47,647 bases of DNA, taken from contig JBBUDY010000002.1 in NCBI GenBank assembly GCA_038057055.1, positions 1 through 47,647 on the forward strand. Reading direction: 5' to 3'. The notes below the pieces were generated by a model, which made no database searches, was not told where the DNA came from, and worked only from the letters and a program-made list of their open reading frames with translations. Below are positions 30,504 through 40,542 of this stretch, piece after piece. This DNA is from Patescibacteria group bacterium. GTDB lineage: Bacteria > Patescibacteriota > Minisyncoccia > Phycocordibacterales > Phycocordibacteraceae. The position numbers and the translations under genes were made by a program. Position 1 is the stretch's first letter; each line of letters starts with the position of its first letter.

Positions 30504-30875
30504 ATGAGTCGCTCAACCAAGAAAGGACCCTTTGTGGACGTCAAACTCCTCAAGAAGGTAACCAATGCCAAACCGGCCACTGCCGGCGTGATAAATACGT
30601 GGGCGCGCAGAAGCCAGATAAGCCCAGAAATGATCGGGTTTCGATTCGGAGTTCACAATGGCAAGTCACATATCGAGGTTCTCGTGAACGAGGATATGGT
30701 CGGGCACCGTCTCGGCGAATTCTCGCCGACCAAGAAGTTCGTTCGTCACGGCGGCAAGATGCAGAAGGAGATGGAAATGAAGAAGCAGGAATCCGAGATC
30801 GCTGCCGCACAAGCGGCGAAGGCGCCAGCGGGAGCGAAGCCCGCCGGAGGCGGGTCCGCCTCCGGCGGAAAATAA
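30504..30875 (+). CDS. rpsS: 30S ribosomal protein S19 with C-terminal extension
   Basis: [29 protein letters not shown]. Confidence 0.97.
   Translation: MSRSTKKGPFVDVKLLKKVTNAKPATAGVINTWARRSQISPEMIGFRFGVHNGKSHIEVLVNEDMVGHRLGEFSPTKKFVRHGGKMQKEMEMKKQESEIAAAQAAKAPAGAKPAGGGSASGGK
30840..30869. repeat. Tandem GC palindromes (family C) at the rpsS C-terminus
   Basis: CCCGCCGGAGGCGGG followed by TCCGCCTCCGGCGGA ([10 protein letters not shown]). Confidence 0.7.
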
Positions 30876-30878
30876 TAT

Positions 30879-31244
30879 ATGGCAAGCGCGACACTCAAGA
30901 GCCATAATCAGCCACAACGCAAAGCGCGTCTCGTCACCGAACTTGTAAAAGGGAAGAAGGTTGCTGCGGCGCTCGCTGCGCTCCAGTTCCTCCCAAAGCG
31001 CGCGTCAGCGACGGTTGCGAAGTTGATCGCAAGTGCCGCTGCAAATGCAAAAAATCGCGGTGAAAATGTGGATGAGCTCGTCGTGAAGATTATCGTTGAG
31101 AATGCCGGCATGTTGAAGAAATATATGCCGCGCGCATTCGGCCGTGCTTCGATGATACGTCGCCGCAAGAGCCGTTTGATAGTAACGCTCGCTCCCTACT
31201 CCGCTAAAGCTACGAAGGGCAAGCCTGCGAAGAAGAGCAAATAA
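30879..31244 (+). CDS. rplV: 50S ribosomal protein L22
   Basis: RKARLV, SAAANA, PRAFGRA. Confidence 0.96.
   Translation: MASATLKSHNQPQRKARLVTELVKGKKVAAALAALQFLPKRASATVAKLIASAAANAKNRGENVDELVVKIIVENAGMLKKYMPRAFGRASMIRRRKSRLIVTLAPYSAKATKGKPAKKSK
31194..31220 (+). repeat. Family B element at the rplV C-terminus
   Basis: CCCTACTCCGCTAAAGCTACGAAGGGC (PYSAKATKG). Confidence 0.85.
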
Positions 31245-31250
31245 ATTTTT

Positions 31251-31979
31251 ATGACACACATCGTACATCCATATGCTCACCGCCTCGGCATCATCCGAGA
31301 CTGGAAGAGCCGTTGGTTTGCTGTCGATAAGAAGAGTTATCGCGAGAACATTAAGGTCGATGAGACCATCCGCCGTTTCCTTAAGAAGCGTCTGCGCGGT
31401 ACCTATACGAGCAATATTGAAATCGAGCGTTCGGCGGGTGAACTGCGCATCATCCTCTCGACCGCGCGCCCGGGGCTTGTCATCGGTCGCTCTGGCGAGA
31501 ACGCAACAAAGCTTCGTGCAGAATTGACCGCAGTCGCCCGGAAAGCTTCTCCGAATGCGCTTCCTGCCGGTAAGCAGGTGAAATTTGATATCAATGAAGT
31601 CCGTCAGCCAGAGACTGATGCAGCCGTTGTGGCATATATGATTGTCGAAGGCCTCGAGAAGCGTATGCCGTTTCGTCGTGTGCTCAAGCAGACGGTCGAG
31701 AAGGTTATCGCGGTGCGCGAGGTGGAGGGTGTGCGCATCGCGCTCTCGGGGCGTCTCGGTGGCGCAGAGATGAGCCGCAAGGAAGAAATCAAGAAAGGCC
31801 GCATCCCGCTCCAGACCTTCCGTGCGGATATTGACTTCGCACACGAGGAGGCGTATCTCCCCTACGGCGTGCTCGGCATCAAGGTGTGGATCTATCGCGG
31901 CAACGTCTATCAAGACAAGAAGGCACCGGTACGCCTGTCTGCGCAGGCAGGGATGCCAGAGAGCACCCCGCGCGGCTAA
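31251..31979 (+). CDS. rpsC: 30S ribosomal protein S3
   Basis: HPYAHRLGI, ARPGLVIG, SGRLGGAEM, GIKVWIY. Confidence 0.97.
   Translation: MTHIVHPYAHRLGIIRDWKSRWFAVDKKSYRENIKVDETIRRFLKKRLRGTYTSNIEIERSAGELRIILSTARPGLVIGRSGENATKLRAELTAVARKASPNALPAGKQVKFDINEVRQPETDAAVVAYMIVEGLEKRMPFRRVLKQTVEKVIAVREVEGVRIALSGRLGGAEMSRKEEIKKGRIPLQTFRADIDFAHEEAYLPYGVLGIKVWIYRGNVYQDKKAPVRLSAQAGMPESTPRG
31934..31951. repeat. Family A palindrome in frame in the rpsC tail
   Basis: CCTGTCTGCGCAGGCAGG (LSAQAG), one mismatch to consensus. Confidence 0.8.
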
Positions 31980-31988
31980 TAATTGCAT

Positions 31989-32411
31989 ATGTTGTTTCCT
32001 AAAAAAGTAAAACACCGCAAGTGGCAGACGCAGCGCATGAGCGCGAAGCGTTTGAATCGTCCAGAGACGCGCGGCACTACCGTGGCGTTCGGTTCATTCG
32101 GACTCAAGGCGCTTTCAAGTGCGCGTGTCACCAGCAATCAGATAGAGTCAGCGCGTAAGGTGCTCACGCGCGCGGTCGCGAAGACCGGCAAACTCTGGAT
32201 ACGGATTTTCCCGGATCGTCCGGTGACGGCGAAACCGGCTGAGGTGGGCATGGGCAGTGGTAAGGGCGATCCAAAGCTTTACGTCTTTGAAGTACGTCCC
32301 GGTCGCGTCCTGTTCGAGCTTGATGGTGTTGACGAGACTATTGCCCGTGCACATTTGCGCCAGGCGGGTATGAAACTCCCCGTGAAGACGGCAATTGTCA
32401 CGCGTAGCTAA
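31989..32411 (+). CDS. rplP: 50S ribosomal protein L16
   Basis: [24 protein letters not shown]. Confidence 0.97.
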   Translation: MLFPKKVKHRKWQTQRMSAKRLNRPETRGTTVAFGSFGLKALSSARVTSNQIESARKVLTRAVAKTGKLWIRIFPDRPVTAKPAEVGMGSGKGDPKLYVFEVRPGRVLFELDGVDETIARAHLRQAGMKLPVKTAIVTRS

Positions 32412-32433
32412 ACATTGCTTTTTCTCTATTTCT

Positions 32434-32649
32434 ATGACAAAAAAGGATACAATGGTAACAAGGACTGATCAGGAGCTCACGAAGCTTCTCGCTGATACGC
32501 GCGCCGCGTTTCGCACTGAACGCTTCTCGGCTGCCGGCGCCCGCGCCAAGGAGTCGAACGCTCCGCGGAAGCTCCGTGCCACAGTCGCGCGTATTCTCAC
32601 GGAGCAATCTGCACGCTCCCTTCGTAGCTCGAAGAGCGTAGTAGGGTAA
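32434..32649 (+). CDS. rpmC: 50S ribosomal protein L29 (divergent)
   Basis: Syntenic position; RTERF...RKLRATVARILT. Confidence 0.85.
   Translation: MTKKDTMVTRTDQELTKLLADTRAAFRTERFSAAGARAKESNAPRKLRATVARILTEQSARSLRSSKSVVG
32618..32646 (-). repeat. Family B element (reverse) at the rpmC C-terminus
   Basis: Reverse complement reads CCCTACTACGCTCTTCGAGCTACGAAGGG. Confidence 0.75.
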
Positions 32650-32653
32650 TACT

Positions 32654-32899
32654 ATGGAACAAAACACTTCACGCAAACAAACATTCGTCGGTATCGTCGT
32701 GAAGACGGCGATGAAAGATACGGCCACCGTCCGTGTGGACCGCTACGTGAAGAACGCGAAGTACAAGAAATATTTTGTGCGTTCTAAAAAATACCTCGCG
32801 CATGACCCGGGCAACACGGCACAAGTAGGGGATACGGTGACTATTATCGCAACGCGCCCAATCTCCAAGTTAAAGCGTTTTGCAATCGTGCAAAAATAA
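32654..32899 (+). CDS. rpsQ: 30S ribosomal protein S17
   Basis: KKYLAHD, GDTVTI..TRPISKLKRF. Confidence 0.96.
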   Translation: MEQNTSRKQTFVGIVVKTAMKDTATVRVDRYVKNAKYKKYFVRSKKYLAHDPGNTAQVGDTVTIIATRPISKLKRFAIVQK

Positions 32900-32901
32900 A
32901 T

Positions 32902-33279
32902 ATGTTACAAGACCGATCCATCGTTACTGTGGCAGACAATTCCGGCGGCCAGATCGCACGCATTTTCAAAATCCTCGGCGGGAGTAAGCGCCGCTACGCG
33001 GGCATTGGTGATGTCGTTGTTGTTTCTATACAGACTGCCGCGCCGCGCAAGGCGGTGAAGAAGAAGGACAAGTATCGCGCGGTTGTCGTGCGGCAGGTGA
33101 ATCCCTTTGCCCGCAAGGACGGCTCCTATATTCGCTTCGATGAGAACGCGGTCGTGCTTATCGAGAAGCAAGGCAAGGAGATGGGGCCGAAAGGGAACCG
33201 CATTTTCGGGCCTGTACCGCGTGAGCTCTCAGAGCGCGGCTGGCACAATATCGTGTCACTCGCGCCTGAAGTCGTTTAA
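32902..33279 (+). CDS. rplN: 50S ribosomal protein L14
   Basis: [31 protein letters not shown]. Confidence 0.97.
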   Translation: MLQDRSIVTVADNSGGQIARIFKILGGSKRRYAGIGDVVVVSIQTAAPRKAVKKKDKYRAVVVRQVNPFARKDGSYIRFDENAVVLIEKQGKEMGPKGNRIFGPVPRELSERGWHNIVSLAPEVV

Positions 33280-33283
33280 ATAT

Positions 33284-33532
33284 ATGAAAATCAAAAAAGG
33301 AGACAAAGTGCGCGTCATTTCTGGCAAGGACAAGGGCAAGTCCGGTGTTGTTGTGCGTGCACTACCGAAGGAGGACAAAGTCGTCGTCGAGGATGTCGCA
33401 CTCTACAAGCGCTCGCTCAAAGGGAGTCAGGGGAAAGTCGGTACCATCGTCGAGCGGTCGCGCCCTATCCACGTATCAAATGTTACTCTTGTTTCAACAT
33501 CCAAGATTAAATCTGCGCTCGACGCAAAATAA
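33284..33532 (+). CDS. rplX: 50S ribosomal protein L24 (short)
   Basis: [26 protein letters not shown]. Confidence 0.95.
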   Translation: MKIKKGDKVRVISGKDKGKSGVVVRALPKEDKVVVEDVALYKRSLKGSQGKVGTIVERSRPIHVSNVTLVSTSKIKSALDAK

Positions 33533-33534
33533 TT

Positions 33535-34083
33535 ATGTCTATTACCAAAGAACGCCAACAGTCAGCCTATCTCGCACTTGCGAAGACGTTTGGCTACACC
33601 AGCCCGATGCAGGGCACGCGCATCCAGAAAGTCGTCGTCTCAACCGGCGTCGGCAAGAAGCGTGACAAGAAGCAGCTCGAGGTTATCGAGGATCGCCTTG
33701 CGAAGATAACGGGGCAAAAGCCGTCCGCGCGTGCGGCGCGCATCTCCATCGCGTCCTTCAAGGTGCGCGAGGGCGACACAGTCGGTCTCCAGGTGACGCT
33801 CCGCGGCGCACGCATGTATGACTTTGTTGACAAGCTTATTCATATTGCACTCCCACGCACCCGTGACTTCCGCGGCCTGTCTGCAAAAGCAATCGACGAG
33901 ATGGGCAATATCACCATCGGTATTAAGGAGAACACCATTTTCCCAGAAACGTCCGATGAAGACCTTAAAGACGTGTTCGGTCTCGCTATCACCATCGTCA
34001 CGACCGCCAAATCAAAAGCCGAAGCCGAAGCATTCTTCCGTCACCTCGGCATGCCGCTTATTGTCGAAGCAAGGAAGAAATAA
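33535..34083 (+). CDS. rplE: 50S ribosomal protein L5
   Basis: ITGQKP, SIASFKVREG, LPRTRDFRG. Confidence 0.97.
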   Translation: MSITKERQQSAYLALAKTFGYTSPMQGTRIQKVVVSTGVGKKRDKKQLEVIEDRLAKITGQKPSARAARISIASFKVREGDTVGLQVTLRGARMYDFVDKLIHIALPRTRDFRGLSAKAIDEMGNITIGIKENTIFPETSDEDLKDVFGLAITIVTTAKSKAEAEAFFRHLGMPLIVEARKK

Positions 34084-34139
34084 TTTCGTACGAGAAAACC
34101 GCAGCTGTTTAGTCGCGGAGATTTTGTTGTCACCGTTAC

Positions 34140-34772
34140 TCAATACTGGGATTTGATTTCTTCAAATGCCTTTCTGTGTCCCCATTCTTTGTATGCGTGC
34201 CACGCTTTCATACTCGCCCAGCCAAGAGCGCCAACACCCAGAGCGACTCCTCCAATACTAAATCCTAGAGTGGTTGCGGCTGTTCCAAAATATGTCAAAC
34301 CACCCGCGCCAACAGCAAGACCTGCACCACCAACCGCCGCGGTACCCTTCAAGAGTTTCGAGCGATTTTCCTCGTTCCGTACTCGTTCCGCAGCAAGTCC
34401 GACTTCAATTTGGGTTTGAACACCTCTGTCACCCGCCTCATTTTCTTGAGCAAGGCCAAGCGACCTAGAGAATTCCCCCATCTTTCTTTGCCTTAACTCC
34501 GCTCGCGCACGATCTGCATCTTCTTGTGCCTGCTGCTCGGCGGCCAAGACTTCAGCGTTTCTTGTACGAGCGACATTTTCTACTGTTGCTTCAGCTTCAG
34601 CTTTTTCAACCAATGCTTCTTCCTCTGCGGTGAGAGCAGTGAGTTCGATAGATTTTCTATATGTCTCTTCAGGTGGAGTTATCGGGGTCACAGAACCAGG
34701 GACGTGCATTACCCTTCCTTCGACCTGGCCGTATTTCTCGCGTGAATACCCTCTAGTGTTTTCAAGATTCAT
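34140..34772 (-). CDS. Hypothetical coiled-coil protein with a C-terminal Gly-zipper TM hairpin
   Basis: Antisense insertion between rplE and rpsN; GTAAVGGAGLAVGAGG...GGVALGVGALG. Confidence 0.65.
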   Translation of the reverse strand: MNLENTRGYSREKYGQVEGRVMHVPGSVTPITPPEETYRKSIELTALTAEEEALVEKAEAEATVENVARTRNAEVLAAEQQAQEDADRARAELRQRKMGEFSRSLGLAQENEAGDRGVQTQIEVGLAAERVRNEENRSKLLKGTAAVGGAGLAVGAGGLTYFGTAATTLGFSIGGVALGVGALGWASMKAWHAYKEWGHRKAFEEIKSQY

Positions 34773-34839
34773 ATAGTGCGTAGTTATATGTAACGCCATA
34801 ATGATACCATTTTTCCGGCAAGCCCCTTTCTTCAAGCGT

Positions 34840-34868
34840 TTGACGGCGTACCACCGATTTGATACAGT
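34840..34868 (+). promoter_or_regulatory. Internal promoter for rpsN
   Basis: TTGACG-17 nt-TACAGT. Confidence 0.6.
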
Positions 34869-34899
34869 ACCAGCACGCTCCTCGGAGCTTTATTTTTTA

Positions 34900-35169
34900 A
34901 TGGCAAAGAAATCCCAGCTCGCGCGGCTCGTCAAGAAGACGAAACTCGTCGCGAAATATGCCGTCAAACGCGCAGCCCTCAAGGCGGCGGGTGATTCTGC
35001 TGGGCTCCAGGCACTACCGAGAAACTCCTCTCCAGTACGGCTGAAGTCGCGTTGTGCGATCACAGGCCGCTCCCGCGGCTATATGCGCACTTTCGGTCTC
35101 TCCCGTATCCAATTCAGAGAGCTCGCACGTGAGGGCAAGATACCAGGCGTTAAGAAAGCATCATGGTAA
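34900..35169 (+). CDS. rpsN: 30S ribosomal protein S14, zinc-independent (C-) 89-aa type
   Basis: [44 protein letters not shown]. Confidence 0.95.
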   Translation: MAKKSQLARLVKKTKLVAKYAVKRAALKAAGDSAGLQALPRNSSPVRLKSRCAITGRSRGYMRTFGLSRIQFRELAREGKIPGVKKASW

Positions 35170-35236
35170 CCCCGACGAACAATCAGATTGTTGTCGGGGC
35201 GCCGACTGAAACGTCGGCGGCGACACAAAAACAAAT

Positions 35237-35641
35237 ATGATTACTGACCGCATCGGCGATTTCATCATTCGTTTACAAAATGCTGCGATGATAGGCAAGA
35301 AGGAAGTGTCGGTGCCATGCTCGGTACACTTGCTTGCTATCGCAAAGAAACTCCAGGGGCTCGGTTTCATAACGACAGTTGAAGTGAAAGAAAAAGAAGA
35401 AGGAAGCGTGAAGAAGACTATTGAGGTAACGCTTTCATACAATGAACGCGGACTCGCCAAACTTCGCGGCGTAAAGCGCATCTCCAAGCCGGGTCGCCGT
35501 CTCTACGCACCGCACACCTCGGCACACAAGGTGAAGGGTGGCACCGGCGCACGCATTCTCTCATCGTCTGCGGGCATCATCACGGATGCCGAGGCACGTG
35601 CGCAAAAAGTCGGTGGAGAAGAGCTGTTCGAAATTTGGTAA
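35237..35641 (+). CDS. rpsH: 30S ribosomal protein S8
   Basis: DRIGDFIIRLQNA, RISKPGRRLY, VGGE. Confidence 0.96.
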   Translation: MITDRIGDFIIRLQNAAMIGKKEVSVPCSVHLLAIAKKLQGLGFITTVEVKEKEEGSVKKTIEVTLSYNERGLAKLRGVKRISKPGRRLYAPHTSAHKVKGGTGARILSSSAGIITDAEARAQKVGGEELFEIW

Positions 35642-35645
35642 TTGT

Positions 35646-36176
35646 ATGAGCCGCCTCGCAAAGAAGCCAATAGCCGTCGGGAAGACCACTGTCTCAGTGG
35701 CAGGCGGGATGCTCTCGGTCAAAGGAACGAAAGGGACACTCACGAAGCGCGTGCATCCCACCATCGACATCTCTGTATCACCGGAGGGCGTTCTGATCAC
35801 GTCGAAAGATCGTTCACGACTCGCGAAAGCACTTACCGGTACTTTCGCTTCGCATGTGAAGAATATGGTGCAGGGCGTCGAGACGCCCTATGTGAAAAAG
35901 ATTATTATGGAAGGCGTTGGCTACAAGATGGAGGTCAAGGGGAAGGATGTCGTGCTTACGGTCGGCTTCTCGCACACCGTACCACTTGCGATACCCGATG
36001 ATGTCGCAGTGAAGGTAGAAAAAAACATGATGACGCTTGAGAGCTCTAATAAAGAGTCGGTCGGACAATTCGCCGCGAATGTCCGCCGCGTCAAACCGCC
36101 GGAGCCGTATCTCGGGAAGGGGATGCACTACGAGGGTGAAGTGGTGCGCCGCAAACAGGGCAAAAAAGCAGTATAG
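35646..36176 (+). CDS. rplF: 50S ribosomal protein L6
   Basis: MSRLAKKPI, GVGYK, GFSH, PPEPYLGKG. Confidence 0.97.
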   Translation: MSRLAKKPIAVGKTTVSVAGGMLSVKGTKGTLTKRVHPTIDISVSPEGVLITSKDRSRLAKALTGTFASHVKNMVQGVETPYVKKIIMEGVGYKMEVKGKDVVLTVGFSHTVPLAIPDDVAVKVEKNMMTLESSNKESVGQFAANVRRVKPPEPYLGKGMHYEGEVVRRKQGKKAV

Positions 36177-36197
36177 GCTCTAGGCTTTAGTAAAAAC

Positions 36198-36548
36198 ATG
36201 AATCACAAACCAAAATCAAATAGTGAATTGCGAAAACGCAGACACGCGCGCGTGCGCGCGACGGTGAAAGGGACCGTAGAGCGACCACGCCTTGCGGTCT
36301 TCCGCAGTAATCGTTTCGTGTCTGCACAGCTTATCGATGACACTGCCGGGAAGACAGTCGCGGCTTCGCACGGGCGCGAATTCAAGGGCTCGCAGTCAGT
36401 GCAGGCAAAGGCGGTCGGTGGTGCGATTGCAAAGGCAGCGAAGGCGAAAGGCATTTCCGCGATTGTCTTCGATCGTGGCGGGTATCGTTACGCTGGACAA
36501 GTGAAGACGCTCGCAGATGCCGCACGCGAAGGAGGTCTCGTCTTTTAA
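36198..36548 (+). CDS. rplR: 50S ribosomal protein L18
   Basis: RPRLAVFRSN, VFDRGGYRY.G, AREGGL. Confidence 0.97.
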   Translation: MNHKPKSNSELRKRRHARVRATVKGTVERPRLAVFRSNRFVSAQLIDDTAGKTVAASHGREFKGSQSVQAKAVGGAIAKAAKAKGISAIVFDRGGYRYAGQVKTLADAAREGGLVF

Positions 36549-36554
36549 ATATTT

Positions 36555-37175
36555 ATGACTACTCCGATGGAACCAGAGATTATAGAAGAGGTTGTTGCAC
36601 CTGAAGTAGCCGCAGAAGAGACACCGATTACTGAAGTGGTACCGCTCGCAGGAGTGGTGTCTCCTCGCAGTACGGGTGGTCGCGGCGCTATGCGCGGTCG
36701 CGCGCCACGCGGCGGGGGACGCACACGGGCTCCGCGCGAGCGCGGCGAATTCGAGCAGGTAACAATCGATGCTCGTCGCGTGGCGCGTGTAATGGCAGGC
36801 GGCCGTCGTTTTAATTTTAGCCTCGCTATTGTCATCGGTGACAAAAAGGGTCGTGTAGGTGTCGGGCTCGGGAAAGCGGCTGACACCGCACTTGCTATCG
36901 ATAAGGCGGTTCGCGATGCGAAGAAACACCTTTTCATTGTTCCGCGCACAAAGTCTGGTTCAATACCACACCAAGTTGAATCGAAATATGCATCTTCTAT
37001 TGTTGAAATTATTCCATCAAAGGGTCGCGGACTCGTCGCAGGTTCGGCAGTACGGACCGTGCTCGACCTCGCCGGTGTGACGGACGTCGTAACTAAGATT
37101 CATACCCGCACAAAAAACAAGCTCACCATCGCGCGCGCAACTGTCGCGGCACTCAAGAAGCTTCGTGCGGCATAA
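36555..37175 (+). CDS. rpsE: 30S ribosomal protein S5 with acidic/RGG N-terminal extension
   Basis: RRVARVMAGGRRFNFS, GRVGVGLGKA. Confidence 0.96.
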   Translation: MTTPMEPEIIEEVVAPEVAAEETPITEVVPLAGVVSPRSTGGRGAMRGRAPRGGGRTRAPRERGEFEQVTIDARRVARVMAGGRRFNFSLAIVIGDKKGRVGVGLGKAADTALAIDKAVRDAKKHLFIVPRTKSGSIPHQVESKYASSIVEIIPSKGRGLVAGSAVRTVLDLAGVTDVVTKIHTRTKNKLTIARATVAALKKLRAA

Positions 37176-37185
37176 TATTTCCAAT

Positions 37186-37638
37186 ATGCAACTTCATTCA
37201 TTTACTCCACGCACAAAGAATAAAAAGAACGCGCCTGTTGGCCGCGGCGGTAAGCGCGGCAAGACCAGTGGTCGCGGCGGAAAAGGACAGACCGCGCGCG
37301 CAGGGCACAAGATACGTCCGGAAGTCCGCGACCTTATTAAGAAGCTCCCAAAGCGCCGCGGCCACGGTAAGAACCGCGCACGCACGGTGAAGACAAATCG
37401 CATCAGTGTCTCCGCGGTCAATCTCGCTGCGCTCGAGGCGAATTATAAAGCAGGAGAGACGGTTTCTCCCGCATCCCTGCTTGTAAAAGGACTAGTGCGT
37501 CGGGCGAAGGGTCGCGCACCGGAAGTGAAAATCCTCGGTACCGGCACGCTCACTAAGGCGCTTATTGTCAAAGGATGTACACTCTCTGTAACCGCGCGTG
37601 CAGCCGTCACTGCCGCCGCGGGAAACATCCATGCTTAA
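37186..37638 (+). CDS. rplO: 50S ribosomal protein L15
   Basis: GRGGKRGKTSGRGGKGQTARAG, VKILGTG. Confidence 0.96.
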   Translation: MQLHSFTPRTKNKKNAPVGRGGKRGKTSGRGGKGQTARAGHKIRPEVRDLIKKLPKRRGHGKNRARTVKTNRISVSAVNLAALEANYKAGETVSPASLLVKGLVRRAKGRAPEVKILGTGTLTKALIVKGCTLSVTARAAVTAAAGNIHA

Positions 37639-38905
37639 TTCTTTTATACATAAACTCAAACTTGCTTTCGGCGCTTCCGAGATTCGCTCCCGTATCTTCT
37701 TCCTCATCGGCGCGCTCGTCCTCTTCCGCCTCCTCGCATCGGTGCCGATTCCCGGTGTTGACCGCAATGCACTCGCCGCCTTCTTTGCAAATAACCAGTT
37801 CTTCGGTCTCCTCAACATCTTCTCCGGTGGTGGGCTCTCGGGGCTCTCTATCGTGATGCTCGGTGTCGGTCCCTACATCACTGCCTCGATTATCATGCAG
37901 CTCGGCACCATCATCTTCCCACAAGTGAAGCAAGCATACTTTGAAGAGGGAGAGGCCGGGCGGGCGAAGTTTATCAGCTGGAGCCGCTTGCTCACCATCC
38001 CTATTGCCATTCTGCAGGGCATTGGCTTCCTCTTCTTACTCCAGAGCCAGGGCGTCATTGCACCGCTCGGAACCGTGGCGCTTATCGCGAATATCGCGAT
38101 CGTCGCCGCGGGCTCACTCCTTCTTATGTGGCTCGGCGAGCTCGTGACCGAATTTGGTATCGGCAACGGCGTCTCGCTCATCATTCTCGCGGGTATCCTC
38201 GCAAGTGTGCCGACGAGTATCTCGCAGACACTCTTCGCCGCGACTGTGGCGAATATTCCGAGCTATCTCGGATTCACGCTTCTCGGACTCGCGATGATTT
38301 ATGCAGTGGTTGTCGTGTCTGATGCAGAACGCTCAATACCGATTGCGTATGCGCGCGCCGTTCGCGGTGCGGCGATGTCGCAGGGCGCTGCGACCTATCT
38401 CCCAATCCGCTTGCTCCAGGCGGGCGTCATCCCCATCATCTTCGCCCTCTCACTTCTTCTCTTGCCGCAGATGGTGCTCTCGATGCTCGGGGCGATAAAG
38501 ATTTCTTTTGCAGTATCTGCATCAATTTGGTACTCCGCATTTCTCGCGAATCCGTGGCAGTACGGCTCGGTCTACTTCCTCCTTGTGGTGCTCTTCACCT
38601 ATTTCTACACGGCTGTCACGTTTGAGCCACATCGCGTTGCAGAGAATCTTCAGAAGACCGGTGCCTTCGTCCCTGGCGTGCGCCCCGGTCGCGAAACAGA
38701 AGAGTATATCGGCAAGGTCGTGAATCGCATCACGCTTCCCGGCTCCTTCTTCCTCGGCCTCATCGCGGTCTCGCCTTCTATCATCCAAGGGCTCACGGGT
38801 GTCACCACGCTTGTGCTCGGCGGCACCGCGCTCCTCATCGCGGTCCAGGTCACGCTCGACCTTGCGCACAAAATCGACGCCCAAGTCTCCCTGCGGGAGT
38901 ATTAA
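37631..38905 (+). CDS. secY: Preprotein translocase SecY
   Basis: LGVGPYITASIIMQL, GIGNGVSLII, AGVIPIIFA, VPGVRPG. Confidence 0.97.
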   Translation: MLNSFIHKLKLAFGASEIRSRIFFLIGALVLFRLLASVPIPGVDRNALAAFFANNQFFGLLNIFSGGGLSGLSIVMLGVGPYITASIIMQLGTIIFPQVKQAYFEEGEAGRAKFISWSRLLTIPIAILQGIGFLFLLQSQGVIAPLGTVALIANIAIVAAGSLLLMWLGELVTEFGIGNGVSLIILAGILASVPTSISQTLFAATVANIPSYLGFTLLGLAMIYAVVVVSDAERSIPIAYARAVRGAAMSQGAATYLPIRLLQAGVIPIIFALSLLLLPQMVLSMLGAIKISFAVSASIWYSAFLANPWQYGSVYFLLVVLFTYFYTAVTFEPHRVAENLQKTGAFVPGVRPGRETEEYIGKVVNRITLPGSFFLGLIAVSPSIIQGLTGVTTLVLGGTALLIAVQVTLDLAHKIDAQVSLREY

Positions 38906-38935
38906 AAAGAGGGAGGTCAGACCTTCCCAGCTCAT

Positions 38936-39310
38936 ATGATTACGAATAATAAATTAGCGACAGTTTTCAACAAAACAAACGGCCACTGTCACTTCTGTGG
39001 CGATTCTTTGGTGTTTGAAAAATATGGAGTGAAATACAGTAATAATTTGAATGGAGCGTGGGAAGCTGATCATATTATGCAAAAAGGCAAGGGTGGAAGT
39101 AAAAATATCGAAAATTGTCTGCCTTGTTGTGTGCCTTGCAATCGTCTTAGATGGCATCGTAAAGGTGAAGATTTAAGAGACTTAATATTCTTTGGACTTA
39201 TTGCTAAAGACGAGATTATGAAGAAAACAATAACCGGCATGAAAATAACAGAATTAAAAAACAAACGTATCACTCAAAATAAAAGACGACGACGTAGAGT
39301 CTCATTGTGA
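38936..39310 (+). CDS. HNH endonuclease
   Basis: CHFCG..., ADHI..KGKGG...N.LPCCVPCN. Very AT-rich. Confidence 0.85.
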   Translation: MITNNKLATVFNKTNGHCHFCGDSLVFEKYGVKYSNNLNGAWEADHIMQKGKGGSKNIENCLPCCVPCNRLRWHRKGEDLRDLIFFGLIAKDEIMKKTITGMKITELKNKRITQNKRRRRRVSL

Positions 39311-39328
39311 GCATGGTATAGTGTTCGC

Positions 39329-39616
39329 ATGAGCAATCAACTTTCAGATATAATAAAGCGCAGTGCTCCTGTGTTGAGAAGTCGTCATGCTGTTGAAGCA
39401 TACGTATTCGGTTCGACCGCGCGGGGTGAGAATCGTCCGGATAGCGATATCGATATTCTTGTGCGTTTTGACAAAACACGGGGACTTTTCGCCTTTGTTG
39501 GGACGAAACATGCTCTTGAGGACGCACTTGGGAAAAAGGTTGATCTTGTGCAGATGGAAGCTGTTCGGCCTGAGTTTCGCGAAAGTATTGAACAGGATCG
39601 CGTTCAAATTCTATAG
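39329..39616 (+). CDS. MNT nucleotidyltransferase antitoxin
   Basis: VFGSTARGENRPDSDIDILV, LGKKVDLV. Confidence 0.9.
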   Translation: MSNQLSDIIKRSAPVLRSRHAVEAYVFGSTARGENRPDSDIDILVRFDKTRGLFAFVGTKHALEDALGKKVDLVQMEAVRPEFRESIEQDRVQIL

Positions 39617-39623
39617 ACCAAGT

Positions 39624-39971
39624 ATGCAAAGAAAAGTAGCAGTATATCTGCAGGACATTTTGGAATCTTGCGATTTTGTCATCGCAGACATATCGTCAAT
39701 GACACTTTCTGAATTCAGTAGCAATCGAATCTTGCAAGACGCGGTTATTCGTCGCTTTGAGATTATCGGAGAAGCCGTAAAGCATGTACCGACAGAGTTG
39801 CGCAAAAAATATCCGGAAGCTACGTGGAAAGATGCCGCGGCATTTCGTGACGTGCTCACTCATGATTATCCTGAAATTGTTATAGACGAGGTATATCACA
39901 CCGCTTTTCGTGATTTACCGGCATTTCGCGCTCAAATCGCTCGGGTCTTGAATGACTTACAGAAACAGTAA
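39624..39971 (+). CDS. HEPN (DUF86) toxin
   Basis: YLQDILES, AVIRRFEIIGEA, RDVLTHDY. Confidence 0.9.
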   Translation: MQRKVAVYLQDILESCDFVIADISSMTLSEFSSNRILQDAVIRRFEIIGEAVKHVPTELRKKYPEATWKDAAAFRDVLTHDYPEIVIDEVYHTAFRDLPAFRAQIARVLNDLQKQ

Positions 39972-39975
39972 ATAT

Positions 39976-40542
39976 ATGGAAACATGCACGATATTTTTTA
40001 TTGGGAAGCCGGGGTGCGGGAAGGGGACGCAGGCGAAGTTGCTTGCAGAACATACGGGCTGGCCGGTGTTTGGCTCCGGACAGGAATTCCGGAAGATTGC
40101 AGAAGAACCCACAGTAGTGGGAAAGAAGGTAAAGCAAGAAATTGACGCAGGACTTCTCTCTCCGCCGTGGTTTGCAATGTATCTGTACCAGAAAGCACTT
40201 TTTTCTATTCCTGAAAGGCAGAGCGCTATTTTCGACGGTTTTAATCGCAAGGTGCCGGAAGCAGAACTGATTGTCGATTCACTCACGTGGCTCGACAGAC
40301 CATTCTGGGTTGTCGATGTCGTCATTTCAGATGAAGAGGCTGCAAAGCGTATTGCGATACGCAAACTTGAATCCGACCGTGTCGACGACCAGTTTGTTCC
40401 CGAGCGGTTGAAAGAATACAACAAATTCACCAAAGATGCGCTTGAGATATTTCGTACGGCGGGTAAGCTTATTGAAATAAATGGAGAACAGACGCGTGAA
40501 GCAATTGCAGAAGATGTGCGCAAAGCGCTTGCTATCAAATGA
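39976..40542 (+). CDS. adk: Adenylate kinase (short LID)
   Basis: GKPGCGKGTQA, DGFNR, R.DD. Syntenic after secY. Confidence 0.9.
   Translation: METCTIFFIGKPGCGKGTQAKLLAEHTGWPVFGSGQEFRKIAEEPTVVGKKVKQEIDAGLLSPPWFAMYLYQKALFSIPERQSAIFDGFNRKVPEAELIVDSLTWLDRPFWVVDVVISDEEAAKRIAIRKLESDRVDDQFVPERLKEYNKFTKDALEIFRTAGKLIEINGEQTREAIAEDVRKALAIK

Noticed and set aside
29182-32015. Long antisense ORFs (335 and 336 aa) opposite ribosomal genes, and similar shadows elsewhere
   Set aside because: They are explained by the codon bias of the sense genes and carry no recognisable motifs.
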